From an uncultured Alphaproteobacteria bacterium (lineage in GTDB: Bacteria > Pseudomonadota > Alphaproteobacteria > Rhizobiales > Xanthobacteraceae), in assembly GCA_963710045.1 (NCBI GenBank), contig CAVPZO010000038.1, forward strand, positions 4,792 through 68,791: a DNA stretch of 64,000 nt. Direction: 5' to 3'. Within the stretch, counting starts at the first letter, position 1. Each line of letters opens with the position of its first letter. Positions 12,127-23,059 of the stretch are shown here, in pieces. The position numbers and the translations under genes are program-made. The notes beneath the pieces are model-generated. The model made no database searches and was not told the origin of the DNA. It was given only the letters and a program-made list of their open reading frames with translations.

Positions 12127-12169
12127 CACCCGTCTGCCATAACCAATAATCAAAAGGGAAGGAAATCCG

Positions 12170-12784
12170 ATGAAATTGTATTATTCGCCCGGCGCCTGTT
12201 CGCTGTCGCCCCACATCGCGCTGCACGAAGCCGGGCTTGCCCATGAACTGGTGCGGGTCGACCTCAAGGCCAAGAAGACCGAAAAGGGCGACGACTTCAC
12301 CAAGATCAATCCGAAAGGCCAGGTGCCGGTACTTCAGCTCGACAGCGGCGAGCTGGTCACCGAGGGCCCGGTGATCGTACAGATGATCGCCGACAAGGCC
12401 GCGGGAAAAAACCTCGCGCCGGCCAACGGCACCGCGGAACGCTACAAACTGCAGGAATGGCTGAACTTCATCACCACCGAACTGCACAAGAATTTCAGCC
12501 CGTTGTTCCAGCCGGTGATCCCGGACGACGTAAAGAACTTCTTCCGCGACCGTATCAAGGGCAAGTTCAAATACGCCGATTCCCAGCTTGCTCAGGACTA
12601 CCTGATGGGCAAGCAGTTCACCGTCGCCGACGGCTATCTGTTCGTGATGCTGAAATGGGCCGAGCGCACCGGCATGGACCTGTCGGAATTCAAGAACCTG
12701 ACGGCGTTCAAGGACCGCGTCGCGGCGCGTCCCAACGTGCAGGCGGCGCTGGCCATGGAAGCGCAGGCCCAGAAGGCGGCGTAA
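12170..12784 (+). CDS. gstA: glutathione S-transferase (beta class)
   Basis: MKLYYSPGACSL, INPKGQVP, TELHK. Confidence 0.93.
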   Translation: MKLYYSPGACSLSPHIALHEAGLAHELVRVDLKAKKTEKGDDFTKINPKGQVPVLQLDSGELVTEGPVIVQMIADKAAGKNLAPANGTAERYKLQEWLNFITTELHKNFSPLFQPVIPDDVKNFFRDRIKGKFKYADSQLAQDYLMGKQFTVADGYLFVMLKWAERTGMDLSEFKNLTAFKDRVAARPNVQAALAMEAQAQKAA

Positions 12785-12805
12785 GCGATCGTGGATAACA
12801 ACACG

Positions 12806-12837
12806 AAGGGCCGGATCGACGATCCGGCCTTTTTTTG
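12806..12837 (+). terminator. intrinsic terminator
   Basis: GGCCGGATC-GAC-GATCCGGCC followed by a T run. Confidence 0.85.
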
Positions 12838-12954
12838 CTGGCGCGTCCCGTCACAGACCGCGAACAAATTCCATTCCGGCAACCTGATGTTGCATAACCG
12901 CACAGACCTCTGCATTCTCTCGTCTGTTCATCGCAAACGGCGAAAGGAACGACG

Positions 12955-13599
12955 ATGCCCGATTTGATTGGAATGGATTGCGCAAAGGACTACTCGAATT
13001 TTGCCGCCGCCATCAAACAGGCCGGCGTCAGTTTTGTCGGCCGCTACTATCGCTGGCCGGCGTCACGCTACGCGCCGCTGACCTACCGGGAAGCCGCCGC
13101 GCTGAGCGATGCCGGACTGTTCGTGGTTGCGCTGTGGGAATGGATATCGAATGAAATCTCGAATTTTTCCTATCATGACGGTTTTGCCCAGGGCAGCAGC
13201 GCGTACAGGCAAGCGATGACCACCCATCAGCCCGCCGGCACGCCGATCTACTTTACCGCCGACAATGACTTCGATCCGAACCAGATCGCCGGTCCCATCA
13301 ATGATTACTTTCAAGGCGTGGCCGATTCATTCCGGGCGATGGGACGCGGGCAAAGCGCCTATTCGGTTGGCGTGTATGGCTCCGGCCTCACCTGCAGCTG
13401 GCTGCTCAATCACAACATGGTCGAACGTTGCTGGTTGTCAGGCTCTCGCGGCTGGTCCGGCTATGAAAGATTCAATGACTGGGACATCCGCCAGGCATTC
13501 GACGATCTGAACATTCCTGGCCTCGCTCCGGGAGCCGAAGGCGACTACGATTCGGACGTCGGGAAATCCAGCTATGGCGGTTTTCAGGTTCTGACGTAG
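12955..13599 (+). CDS. DUF1906 / Rv2525c-like glycoside hydrolase domain protein
   Basis: FVGRYY, GTPIYFTAD, VGVYGSG motifs. Confidence 0.75.
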   Translation: MPDLIGMDCAKDYSNFAAAIKQAGVSFVGRYYRWPASRYAPLTYREAAALSDAGLFVVALWEWISNEISNFSYHDGFAQGSSAYRQAMTTHQPAGTPIYFTADNDFDPNQIAGPINDYFQGVADSFRAMGRGQSAYSVGVYGSGLTCSWLLNHNMVERCWLSGSRGWSGYERFNDWDIRQAFDDLNIPGLAPGAEGDYDSDVGKSSYGGFQVLT

Positions 13600-13634
13600 C
13601 GCATGTTCCGGCATTGCCGTACACACGCGCTTTC

Positions 13635-13750
13635 CGTCATTGCGAGCCAACGGGTCGCGAGAATGCGCGCCCGATGACAGGCTCCGCGAAGCAATCCAGC
13701 GTTCCGCGAGAGGACTGGTTTGCTTTGTCGCTTCGCTCCTCGCAATGACG
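13635..13750. repeat. CGTCATTGCGAG-type palindromic intergenic repeat
   Basis: CGTCATTGCGAG...GAAGCAATCCAG...CTCGCAATGACG; copies at 26682 and 42837. Confidence 0.85.
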
Positions 13751-13755
13751 AGTTG

Positions 13756-15969
13756 TTACGCCGCCGCCTTCTTCGGCGGGAAGCGGCCGTAGAAGGTCTC
13801 GCCCTTGGCGGCCATCTCTTCCAGCAGTTTTGGAGGCGTGAAGCGCGAGCCGTATCTCGCTTCCAGCTTATGGCACAATTCGACGAACTTCTTCGTCCCC
13901 ATGAAATCGATATAACTCAGCGTGCCGCCGGTGAACGGCGCAAAGCCGAAGCCGAGGATGGAGCCGACATCGGCCTCGCGCGGATCGGTGATGACGTGAT
14001 CCTCCACGGTGCGCGCGGCCTCCACCGCCTGCACCACCAGAAAACGCTGCTTCATCTCCTCGATATCCAGCGTATCGGGATCGAGATGTTTCGATTGCAG
14101 GCCGCTCAGTTCAGACCACAGGCTCTTCTGGCCCTTGCCCTTTTCTGGGTAATCGTAAAACCCCTTGCCGTTCTTGCGGCCGAAGCGGCCCTGTTTCTCG
14201 ACCATCTCGACCAGCAATTTCTTCTGGGACTGGTCGATGGCGTTGGCGCCGAGATCGGCCTCGGTCGCCTTCATGATCTTGAGCACCAGATCGAGCGCCA
14301 CCTCGTCGGACAGCGACAGCGGCCCGACCGGCATGCCCGCCATCTTCGCGGTGTTCTCGATCATCGCCGGCGGCACGCCTTCCATCAGCATTTCCAGGCC
14401 TTCGGCGGTAAAACGCAGCACGCAGCGGTTGGCGAAGAAGCCGCGCGAGTCATTCACCACGATCGGCGTCTTGCTGATCTGCCGCACGTAGTCCAGCGCG
14501 GTGGCGAGCGCGACGTCGCCGGTGTTCTTGCCGACGATGATCTCCACCAGCATCATCTTCTCGACCGGCGAGAAGAAATGAATGCCGATGAACTTGCTCT
14601 GGTCCTTGAATTCCTCCGCCAGCGAGTTGATCGGCAGCGTCGAGGTGTTGGAGGCGAAGATCGCGTCCGGCTTCAGCAGCGGCTGCGCCTTGGCGTAGGT
14701 TTCGGCCTTTACCTTGCGGTCCTCGAACACCGCTTCGATGACGAGGTCGCAATCCTTCAGCACGTCATAATCGGCGGTGGCGCTGATGCGCGACAGGATC
14801 GCGTCGCGGTCGGTCTCCTTGGCGCGGCCCTTCTTGATCAGATCGTCGATCACCGATTTGGCGTGGCCCCTGCCCTTGTCGGCACTCTCCTGGTCGCGGT
14901 CGATCAGCACCACGTCGATGCCCGCGCGCGCCGAGACATAACCGACGCTGGCGCCCATGAAGCCGGCGCCGATGATGGCGAGTTTTTTGACCTTGGTAGG
15001 CGGCACATTCGGCGGCCGGCGCGCACCCTTGTTCAACTCCTGCATCGACAGGAACAGGCTGCGGATCATCGCGGCCGCTTCCTTGGTCTGCAGGATATGG
15101 GCGAAGTAACGCGACTCCACGCGCAACGCCGCGTCCATCGGCAATTGCAGGCCTTCATATGCGCACTGCATGATCGCGCGCGCCGCGGGATAGTTGTCGT
15201 AGGTTTCGCGGCGATAGATCGCATTCCCGGCCGGGAATATCATCATGCCGTTCTTGGAAAAGACCGGACCGCCCGGCAGCTTGAAACCCTTCTCGTCCCA
15301 CGGCGCCACCGCCTTGCCGCCGGCCTTGATCCAGTCTTTCGCGGTCTTGATCAGGTCATCCGCAGGCACCACTGAGCCCACGATATTCTGTGCCTTGGCC
15401 TTGGTCAGGTTGATCTGGTCGCCCTTCAGCAGCATTTGCATGGCGTCCTGCGGCTGCAGCATGCGCGGCAGCCGTTGCGTGCCGCCGCCACCGGGGAAAA
15501 GACCGACCTTGATTTCCGGCAGGCCGAGCCGCGTCCTGGGATTGTCGGACGCGACGCGATGGTGACACGCCAGCGTCAACTCGAACGCGCCGCCGAGTGC
15601 GAGGCCGTTGATGGCGGCGACCCACGGCTTGCCCGACGTCTCGATCTTGCGCAGCGTCAGCGACAGCTTGCGGCTTTCATTGAACAGCATCTGTTGGGCG
15701 CCTTCCTTGCCCTTCGATTTCAGCGCTTCGGCAAATGTCTTGTTCATGCCTTCCAGCATCGACAGATCGGCGCCCGCGGAGAAAGCGTCCTTGCCGGAGG
15801 TGATGACCACGCCCTTGACCGCGGCGTCCGCCGTGGTCTGGTCGACGATGGCGCCGAGTTCCTCGATAGTCTGGGTATCCAGCACGTTCATCGAACGGCC
15901 AGGGATGTCCCACGTCACCAGCGCGATGCCGTCGGCGTCGGTCTCAAGCTTGAAATTCTTGAAGGTCAT
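13756..15969 (-). CDS. enoyl-CoA hydratase / 3-hydroxyacyl-CoA dehydrogenase multifunctional enzyme (FadB/FadJ-type)
   Basis: LGGAFEL, GLPEIKVGL, GAGFMG, ASNTST, IHFFSPV. Confidence 0.95.
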   Translation of the reverse strand: MTFKNFKLETDADGIALVTWDIPGRSMNVLDTQTIEELGAIVDQTTADAAVKGVVITSGKDAFSAGADLSMLEGMNKTFAEALKSKGKEGAQQMLFNESRKLSLTLRKIETSGKPWVAAINGLALGGAFELTLACHHRVASDNPRTRLGLPEIKVGLFPGGGGTQRLPRMLQPQDAMQMLLKGDQINLTKAKAQNIVGSVVPADDLIKTAKDWIKAGGKAVAPWDEKGFKLPGGPVFSKNGMMIFPAGNAIYRRETYDNYPAARAIMQCAYEGLQLPMDAALRVESRYFAHILQTKEAAAMIRSLFLSMQELNKGARRPPNVPPTKVKKLAIIGAGFMGASVGYVSARAGIDVVLIDRDQESADKGRGHAKSVIDDLIKKGRAKETDRDAILSRISATADYDVLKDCDLVIEAVFEDRKVKAETYAKAQPLLKPDAIFASNTSTLPINSLAEEFKDQSKFIGIHFFSPVEKMMLVEIIVGKNTGDVALATALDYVRQISKTPIVVNDSRGFFANRCVLRFTAEGLEMLMEGVPPAMIENTAKMAGMPVGPLSLSDEVALDLVLKIMKATEADLGANAIDQSQKKLLVEMVEKQGRFGRKNGKGFYDYPEKGKGQKSLWSELSGLQSKHLDPDTLDIEEMKQRFLVVQAVEAARTVEDHVITDPREADVGSILGFGFAPFTGGTLSYIDFMGTKKFVELCHKLEARYGSRFTPPKLLEEMAAKGETFYGRFPPKKAAA

Positions 15970-16008
15970 GTGTCGCTCCCAATTCGAAAGGTGCCGCTGA
16001 TCGCTTTT

Positions 16009-16097
16009 CGTAGGGTGGGCAAAGGCGCTCTTGCGCCGTGCCCACCATTTCGTTCGTGCGTGTTGTGGTGGGCACGCTTCGCTTTGCCCACCCTACG
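16009..16097. repeat. GTAG-type REP doublet
   Basis: CGTAGGGTGGGCAAAG...CTTTGCCCACCCTACG. Confidence 0.85.
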
Positions 16098-16098
16098 A

Positions 16099-17307
16099 TT
16101 AAACCCGCTCGATGATCGTCGCGGTGCCCATGCCGCCGCCGATGCACAATGTCACCAGCGCGGTCGATTTGTCAGTGCGCTCGAGCTCGTCGAGCACGGT
16201 GCCCAAAATCATCGCACCCGTAGCGCCGAGCGGATGTCCGAGCGCAATGGCGCCGCCATTGACGTTGATCTTGGCATTGTCGATGTCGAAGGCCTGGATA
16301 TAACGCAGCACCACCGAGGCGAAGGCTTCGTTGAGTTCGAACAGGTCGATATCCGACAGCTTCATGCCGGAACGCTCCAGCACTTTCTTCGTCACATCCA
16401 CCGGACCGGTCAGCATCATCGCCGGTTCCGAGCCGATATTGGCGAAGGCGCGGATCTTCGCGCGCGGCTTCAGCCCTGCTTTGACGCCGGCCTCCTTGTT
16501 GCCGAGCAGCACGGCGCCGGCGCCGTCGACGATGCCCGACGAATTGCCGGCATGGTGCACGTAGTTGACGCGCTCGATTTCCGGATGCGACTGGATCGCC
16601 ACCGCCTCGAAGCCGGCCATCTGGCCCATCACCGTGAAGGACGGCTGCAACGCCGCCAGCGACTGCATCGTCGTGGTCGGACGCATGTGCTCGTCCTTGG
16701 CGAGAATGGTGAGGCCGTTGATGTCCTTCACCGGCACCACCGAATTCTTGAAGCGGCCCTCGTCCCATGCCTTGCCGGCGCGCTGCTGGCTCTGCACCGC
16801 ATAGGCGTCGACATCGTCGCGCGAAAACCCGTATTTGGTCGCGATCAGATCGGCCGAGACGCCCTGCGGCATGAAATAGGCGGGTACCGCGATCGACGGA
16901 TCCATCGGCCACGCGCCGCCGGAAGCGCCGATGCCGACGCGGCTCATGGATTCGGCGCCGCCGCCGATGGTCATGGCATGCTGGCCCGACATGATCTGCG
17001 CCGCGGCGAAGTTCACCGCATCGAGGCCGGACGCGCAAAAACGGTTGATCTGGATGCCCGGCACGTCGTTGCCATAGCCCGCGCTCAGCGCCGCCATCCG
17101 CGCGATATCGCCGCCGGCTTCGCCGACCGGATCGACCACGCCCAGCACCACGTCGTCGATGCTGCCCGGCTGGATATTGTTGCGCTCTTTCAGGGCTTTC
17201 AGCGGCGCCGTCGCCAGCGCCAGCGCGGTCACCTCGTGCAGCGCGCCGTCGGCCTTGCCTTTTCCGCGCGGGGTGCGGACATGGTCGTAGATGAATGCCT
17301 CAGGCAT
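16099..17307 (-). CDS. acetyl-CoA C-acyltransferase (thiolase)
   Basis: [27 protein letters not shown]. Confidence 0.96.
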   Translation of the reverse strand: MPEAFIYDHVRTPRGKGKADGALHEVTALALATAPLKALKERNNIQPGSIDDVVLGVVDPVGEAGGDIARMAALSAGYGNDVPGIQINRFCASGLDAVNFAAAQIMSGQHAMTIGGGAESMSRVGIGASGGAWPMDPSIAVPAYFMPQGVSADLIATKYGFSRDDVDAYAVQSQQRAGKAWDEGRFKNSVVPVKDINGLTILAKDEHMRPTTTMQSLAALQPSFTVMGQMAGFEAVAIQSHPEIERVNYVHHAGNSSGIVDGAGAVLLGNKEAGVKAGLKPRAKIRAFANIGSEPAMMLTGPVDVTKKVLERSGMKLSDIDLFELNEAFASVVLRYIQAFDIDNAKINVNGGAIALGHPLGATGAMILGTVLDELERTDKSTALVTLCIGGGMGTATIIERV

Positions 17308-17394
17308 GACGCCCTCCTTGATATGATCATCGTAATATATAGGACGATCCCGGTGATATCGAAAGCCGAATTGCAGGCGTGGCGGATTTTTCGA

Positions 17395-19185
17395 TCAGAA
17401 CGCTTCCGCCGGCAATTCCATGGTGGTGTCGCTTCCGCTCTGGATGCGGGCGAGATGCGCCGAGGTTTCCGGCAGCATCCGCTCCATGAAGAAACGGCCG
17501 GTGACGAGCTTGGAGGTCAGATAGGGTGCCGTATCGCCGCCGGCAATCTTGTCTAAAGCTACTTTCGCCATCCGCGCCCACATGTAGCCGAACGTGACCA
17601 GCCCGAACAGCTGCATGTAATCGGTCGCACCCGCGCCGGCATTGTCCGGCTTGGCAAGCGCATTCTGCATCAGCCACATGGTGGCTTGCTGCAGGTGGCC
17701 GAGCGCGGCGCTGAGCGGCGCAAGATAAGGTTTCATCGCCTCGTCGGCGGCGTGATCTTTGGCGAACGCGGCGACCTCGGCGAAAAACGCCATCGCCGCG
17801 CGGCCGCCGTTGCGGGGCAGTTTGCGACCGACCAGATCGAGCGCCTGAATACCGTTGGCGCCTTCATAGATCATGGCGATGCGTGCATCGCGCACGAACT
17901 GCTCCATGCCCCATTCGGCGATGTAGCCGTGGCCGCCGAACATCTGCTGCGCCAGCACCGCGTTGGAGAACCCGACATCGGTGAGCACGCCTTTCAGGAC
18001 CGGCGTCATCAGCCCCATGTGATCGTCGGCCTCCTGACGATCCCTGGCGTTGTCTGAGCGATGCGCGACGTCGCTCTTCAGCGCGGTCCACACCACCATC
18101 GCGCGCGCCGCCTCGTTGAAAGCGCGGATGGTGAGCAGCGTGCGGCGCACGTCCGGATGCACGATGATGGGATCGGCCGGCTTGTCCGGCGCCTTCGGCC
18201 CGGACAGCGAGCGGCCCTGCAAGCGATCCTTGGCGTAGGCGGCCGCGTTCTGATAGGCGACCTCCGATTGCGCCAGCCCCTGCACTGCAACGCCAAGCCG
18301 GGCCTCGTTCATCATCACGAACATGCCTTGCATGCCCTTGTTCTCTTCGCCGATCAGCCAGCCGGTGGCGCTATCGTAATTCATCACGCAGGTCGAATTG
18401 CCGTGGATGCCCATCTTGTGTTCGATCGAGCCGCAGGTGACGCCGTTTGTCGCGCCGAGCGAGCCGTCGGCATTGACCAGCACCTTGGGCACCACGAACA
18501 GCGACACGCCCTTGATGCCGGCGGGAGCGCCCTCGATCCGGGCCAGCACCAGATGGATGATGTTCTCGGCGAGATCGTGCTCGCCGGCGGAGATGAAAAT
18601 CTTGGTGCCTGATATCTTGTAGCTGCCGTCGGCTTGCTTGACGGCCTTGGTACGCAGCAGCCCGAGATCGGTGCCGCATTGCGGTTCGGTGAGGTTCATG
18701 GTGCCGGTCCATTGTCCCGCCACCATCTTCGGCACGAACATCGTCTTCTGTTCGGGCTTGCCGTGCACCATCAGCGCCGCCGTCGCGCCCATGGTGAGGC
18801 CGCCATACATCGAAAACGCCATATTGGCCGAGCATTGGAATTCGGCGACGGTCTGCGACAGCGTCACCGGCAGGCCCTGCCCGCCATATTCCGCCGGCGC
18901 CGACAAGCCGAGCCAGCCGCCCTCGGCCACCTGCTTGAAGGCTTCCTTGAAGCCTTTGGGGGTGGTGACCCGGCCGTCGTCGTGGCGGGTGCAGCCTTCG
19001 AGATCGCCGATGCGATTGAGCGGCTGCAGCACCTCCTCGCTGAGCTTGGCGGCTTCCGCCAAAATCGCCTCCCGCACGTCGGCGGAGGCGTCGCTAAAGC
19101 CTGGAAGATTATTATACCTGTCGATCTGAAACACGTCGTTGAGCAGGAAACTGACATCTTCCAGGGGCGCTTTGTAACTCGGCAT
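17395..19185 (-). CDS. acyl-CoA dehydrogenase (long, C-terminal domain type)
   Basis: MNLTEPQCGTD, GTKIFIS, EHKMGIHG, IYEGANGIQALDL. Confidence 0.95.
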   Translation of the reverse strand: MPSYKAPLEDVSFLLNDVFQIDRYNNLPGFSDASADVREAILAEAAKLSEEVLQPLNRIGDLEGCTRHDDGRVTTPKGFKEAFKQVAEGGWLGLSAPAEYGGQGLPVTLSQTVAEFQCSANMAFSMYGGLTMGATAALMVHGKPEQKTMFVPKMVAGQWTGTMNLTEPQCGTDLGLLRTKAVKQADGSYKISGTKIFISAGEHDLAENIIHLVLARIEGAPAGIKGVSLFVVPKVLVNADGSLGATNGVTCGSIEHKMGIHGNSTCVMNYDSATGWLIGEENKGMQGMFVMMNEARLGVAVQGLAQSEVAYQNAAAYAKDRLQGRSLSGPKAPDKPADPIIVHPDVRRTLLTIRAFNEAARAMVVWTALKSDVAHRSDNARDRQEADDHMGLMTPVLKGVLTDVGFSNAVLAQQMFGGHGYIAEWGMEQFVRDARIAMIYEGANGIQALDLVGRKLPRNGGRAAMAFFAEVAAFAKDHAADEAMKPYLAPLSAALGHLQQATMWLMQNALAKPDNAGAGATDYMQLFGLVTFGYMWARMAKVALDKIAGGDTAPYLTSKLVTGRFFMERMLPETSAHLARIQSGSDTTMELPAEAF

Positions 19186-19402
19186 GGCTTCCTCTCCAGA
19201 GGGGGCTTGGGGCCGCCCCCTTTAAGCAAATTTTTGCAGCGCAGCAATCGGTCTGTTCCAAGCCAGACCTTAAACGGAACCCGGGATCGAAGGGGAGCCT
19301 AAGGGGCCAATGCGACAACATGCGCGCCGTGCCGCCGCGCAGCGCGCACCTCCGGTTGAATTTGCCTTGGGAACCAGTTTTTAGGCGCCTCCGCCCCACT
19401 CC

Positions 19403-19418
19403 TTAACCCGTTGTTTAC
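19403..19418 (+). promoter_or_regulatory. putative CtrA box upstream of podJ
   Basis: TTAA-cccgttg-TTTAC, one mismatch to TTAA-N7-TTAAC. Confidence 0.5.
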
Positions 19419-19543
19419 CGTAACACGAAAAAGTCGATCTCAGAGGCAGACGACCTGCGCTGAATTCGATTGTCTCTTCAATGGGACGCGCGGGGAGGCT
19501 GTCGGCGCCGGGGGATGCGCCAGAGTCGGAACCGGACGAGAGC

Positions 19544-22500
19544 ATGAATTCGCGCGTATCGTGGAGTGCAGAGGGCATCGATCCATCCGTCCGCGAGCGG
19601 GCCGAAGCCGCCGCGCGCCGCGCCGGCATGTCGCTCAATGACTGGCTCAATTCCACCATCGGCGTTTCCGCCGCGCCGGAGTTTCGTATCGCCCACGACC
19701 AGCCCCCCGCGCCGCTTCCGGGCCAGGACGCCAAAGATGTGGCGGACATTCATCAGCGGCTCGACTCCATCACCCGCCAGATCGAGCAGATTTCGCACCC
19801 AACACCCCGCAACGATTCGCCGCGCAACGAACCCGGCGTCGCCAAGCAATTGAACGACGCGATTTCGCGGCTTGACGCGCGGCTGTCGCAGATTTCCAAT
19901 CCTGCCCCGGTCAAGCAGGCGCAACGTCAGGACACCCAGCGCCAGGCCGAAGCGGTCGAGCGCGCCGCAGCGCAGGTTTACCGTCCGTCGCCGCCGCTCA
20001 ACCCCGGCACGCTGGACTTCGCGATTGCAGAAATCACTGCGCGCCAGAGCGAACTTGACAATTCCTCACCCCGGCCGATGCCGGCGCGCAGCGCGCCGCC
20101 GATCGCGCCGGCGATGACGCCGCCGGCGCCGTCCGGTCCGGATTTCTCCGGGCTCGAAAAGCATCTGCTCAAGATCACCAGCCAGATCGAAGCGTTGCAG
20201 CGTCCCGACAATATCGAGCAGTCGATCGCCGCGTTCCGCAGCGAGTTGAACGAAATCCGCCACGCCATCACCGAGGCGATGCCGCGCCGCGCGATCGAAT
20301 CGATCGAGAATGAAATCCGCTCGCTGTCACGGCGCATCGACGATTCCAGGCAGAGTGGAATCGATGACCTGGTTTTGGCCAACATCGAACGCGCGCTGAA
20401 CGAGATTCGCGAAGCGCTGCGCTCGATGACACCAGCCGAACAACTCGCCGGTTACGACGACGCGATCCGCAATCTCAGCGCCAAGCTCGATTTGATCGTG
20501 CGCAGCGGCGACGATCCCGGAACCATTCGCCAGCTCGAGGACGCCATCGCGGCGCTTCGGTCCATCGTCTCCAACGTCGCATCCACCGACGCGCTGACGC
20601 GGCTCAGCGAAGACGTCCACACGCTTTCGTCCAAGGTCGATCAGTTCGCCCGCGCCGAAGGCCACGGCGATTCGTTCGCAATCCTCGAACAGCGCATCGC
20701 GGCGCTGACATCCTCGCTGGAAAGCCGCGAACGGCCCGCGGTCAGCGACAATTCGGAACATATCGAAGGCGCCTTGCGGGCGCTGATGGACCGCCTCGAC
20801 CATCTACAGGTCGGCAATGACAGCGCCTCCGCATTCGCGCATCTCGAACAGCGCGTGTCGTATCTGCTCGAACGCCTCGAATTGTCCTCGGATCACCGTT
20901 CCGTCAACCTCGGGCGCGTCGAAGAGGGCCTGCAGGATGTGCTGCGCCATCTCGAAACCCAGCATGCCCACATTGCCGCGCTCGCCGACAACGGCAGAAG
21001 CACCGCCGCGCCGCCCGCCATGCAGATGGACAGCGGCCTGGTCGATCTGATCAAGCGCGAATTGTCCGACATGCAATTCCGCCAGACCGAAACCGGGCGT
21101 CAGACGCAGGACGCGCTCGAAGTCGTTCACAACACGCTCGGCCACGTGGTCGACCGCCTCGCCATGATCGAAGGCGATCTGCGCTCGGTTCGCTCCTCCC
21201 CGGTTCCCCCGCCGGCGCCGGTGCCCGCAGCCCAACCCATCCCGGCGCCCCGGGCGGCAATGCCGCAGCAACCCGCCTCACCGCCGCCGCGGCCGGAATT
21301 GCCGAATCCCGTTGCCGCACAGGCACATTTCGAGACCGCCCCGCGGGAATTCCACGCCGCCGAGGCCCCGGCCGCGCCGGCTCCGGCCATGGTGACGCCA
21401 AGGGCGATCAGCGAAATCCTCGAACCGCAGGCAGCACCCCTTGCCCGCGCCGCGATCGAACCGGATCTGCCGCCGGATCATCCGCTGGAGCCGGGAACGC
21501 GGCCGCTCGGCCGCGCGGCTTCGCCTTCGGAGCGTATCGCCGCTTCGGAAAACGCCATCAGCGAGATTTCGCCGGGCAGCCGCGAGCAGGCCAGCACGTC
21601 CAGCTTTATCGCCGCCGCCCGCCGCGCCGCGCAGGCCGCTGCCGCCCAGCCCTCCAAGGACAACAAGACCAAGCGCGCCGCACCGCTCAAGGATCCCACA
21701 GGCGTCGCGGCCAAGGGATCGTCGACCATCACCTCCAAGATCCGCTCGCTGCTGGTCGGAGCCAGCGTGGTCGTGATCGTACTCGGCACCTTCAAGATGG
21801 CGATGACGCTGCTCGACAGCGGCGCTCCGCCGTCGATGCCGGAGTCCGATATCTCCAGCGAGCCGCCGCCCGCGGCGTTGCCGCCTGCCGAAAGCGCCAG
21901 GCCGGCGATGCCCGCGCCGGCCATGCCTTCGATGACGTCGCCTACTCCGATCGGCCGGCAGTCGCTCAATGCGCCCGCGCCGAGCACTGTTGCCCCGTTC
22001 GATGCTTCGGCATCGGTCGCGATTCCTGCCGATGCCGCTCCTGCGGCTGCGGCCGACATTACCGGCACGATCCCGCACGTCAGCGCCGCGGTATCGACGC
22101 CGCCGGCCAATCGCAAACTCACGCTTATCCAGATTCCGCCGACGGAAAAACTGCCGGAAGGAATCGGCGGACCGGTGCTGCGCACGGCGGCGCTGAAGGG
22201 CGATCCCTCCGCGGCTTACGAAATCGGCGTCCGCTACGCCGAAGGCAAAGGCGTGCCTGCGAGTTACGACGACGCCGCAAAATGGTACGACCGCGCGGCG
22301 CAGGCAGGCCTGGTGCCGGCAATCTTCCGGCTCGGGACCCTTTATGAAAAGGGTCTCAGCGTGAAGAAGGATATCGACATCGCGCGCCGCTATTACCTGC
22401 AGGCGGCCGAGCGCGGTAACGCCAAGGCGATGCACAATCTCGCCGTGCTCGACGCCGATGGCGGCGGCAAGGGCGCCAACTACAAGAGCGCGTCGCAATG

Positions 22501-22864
22501 GTTCCGCAAGGCGGCCGACCGCGGCGTCGCCGACAGCCAGTTCAATCTCGGCATTCTCTATGCGCGCGGCATCGGCGTCGAACAGAACCTCGCCGAATCC
22601 TTCAAATGGTTCAGCCTCGCCGCCGCCCAGGGCGACGCCGATTCGGTGCGCAAACGCGATGACATCGCAAAAAGGCTCGACGCCCAGTCGCTGGCAGCAG
22701 CGAAACTGGCGATCCAGACCTTCACCCCCGAAGGCCAGCCCGACGATGCGGTCAATGTGGCGAGCCCTGCCGGCGGCTGGGACGTAGCACCCACGCAGGC
22801 CAGCTCGGCAAAGCCCGCACCGGCCGCGGCAAAGCCGGCTTTGACCAAGCGCGCCGCCCGTTAA
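19544..22864 (+). CDS. podJ: polar localization factor PodJ-like protein
   Basis: WSAEGID...AARRAGMSLNDWLN N-terminus, coiled coils, SFIAAARRAAQAA, TM segment, Sel1 repeats. Confidence 0.85.
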   Translation: MNSRVSWSAEGIDPSVRERAEAAARRAGMSLNDWLNSTIGVSAAPEFRIAHDQPPAPLPGQDAKDVADIHQRLDSITRQIEQISHPTPRNDSPRNEPGVAKQLNDAISRLDARLSQISNPAPVKQAQRQDTQRQAEAVERAAAQVYRPSPPLNPGTLDFAIAEITARQSELDNSSPRPMPARSAPPIAPAMTPPAPSGPDFSGLEKHLLKITSQIEALQRPDNIEQSIAAFRSELNEIRHAITEAMPRRAIESIENEIRSLSRRIDDSRQSGIDDLVLANIERALNEIREALRSMTPAEQLAGYDDAIRNLSAKLDLIVRSGDDPGTIRQLEDAIAALRSIVSNVASTDALTRLSEDVHTLSSKVDQFARAEGHGDSFAILEQRIAALTSSLESRERPAVSDNSEHIEGALRALMDRLDHLQVGNDSASAFAHLEQRVSYLLERLELSSDHRSVNLGRVEEGLQDVLRHLETQHAHIAALADNGRSTAAPPAMQMDSGLVDLIKRELSDMQFRQTETGRQTQDALEVVHNTLGHVVDRLAMIEGDLRSVRSSPVPPPAPVPAAQPIPAPRAAMPQQPASPPPRPELPNPVAAQAHFETAPREFHAAEAPAAPAPAMVTPRAISEILEPQAAPLARAAIEPDLPPDHPLEPGTRPLGRAASPSERIAASENAISEISPGSREQASTSSFIAAARRAAQAAAAQPSKDNKTKRAAPLKDPTGVAAKGSSTITSKIRSLLVGASVVVIVLGTFKMAMTLLDSGAPPSMPESDISSEPPPAALPPAESARPAMPAPAMPSMTSPTPIGRQSLNAPAPSTVAPFDASASVAIPADAAPAAAADITGTIPHVSAAVSTPPANRKLTLIQIPPTEKLPEGIGGPVLRTAALKGDPSAAYEIGVRYAEGKGVPASYDDAAKWYDRAAQAGLVPAIFRLGTLYEKGLSVKKDIDIARRYYLQAAERGNAKAMHNLAVLDADGGGKGANYKSASQWFRKAADRGVADSQFNLGILYARGIGVEQNLAESFKWFSLAAAQGDADSVRKRDDIAKRLDAQSLAAAKLAIQTFTPEGQPDDAVNVASPAGGWDVAPTQASSAKPAPAAAKPALTKRAAR

Positions 22865-23059
22865 TCTGAATTATTCACCACTGCCGGAATTACGCGACAG
22901 GCCGCGGCAAAAAACCCGGCATCGGCGGATTCTTTAATCCCTCAGGCCGGCGATTTCGGTTATGCAGAGACGCGGCAAATGATCCGCGCCGCTATAGAAG
23001 AAATCATGCCGTGAGCGGTTTCGGCCAGCTTCAGGGCTAAAAATCCGAAGCGAACGCGC

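Noticed and set aside
17321-17350. AT-rich imperfect palindrome between the acyl-CoA dehydrogenase and thiolase genes
   Set aside because: Single occurrence with weak symmetry; cannot be assigned to a regulator.
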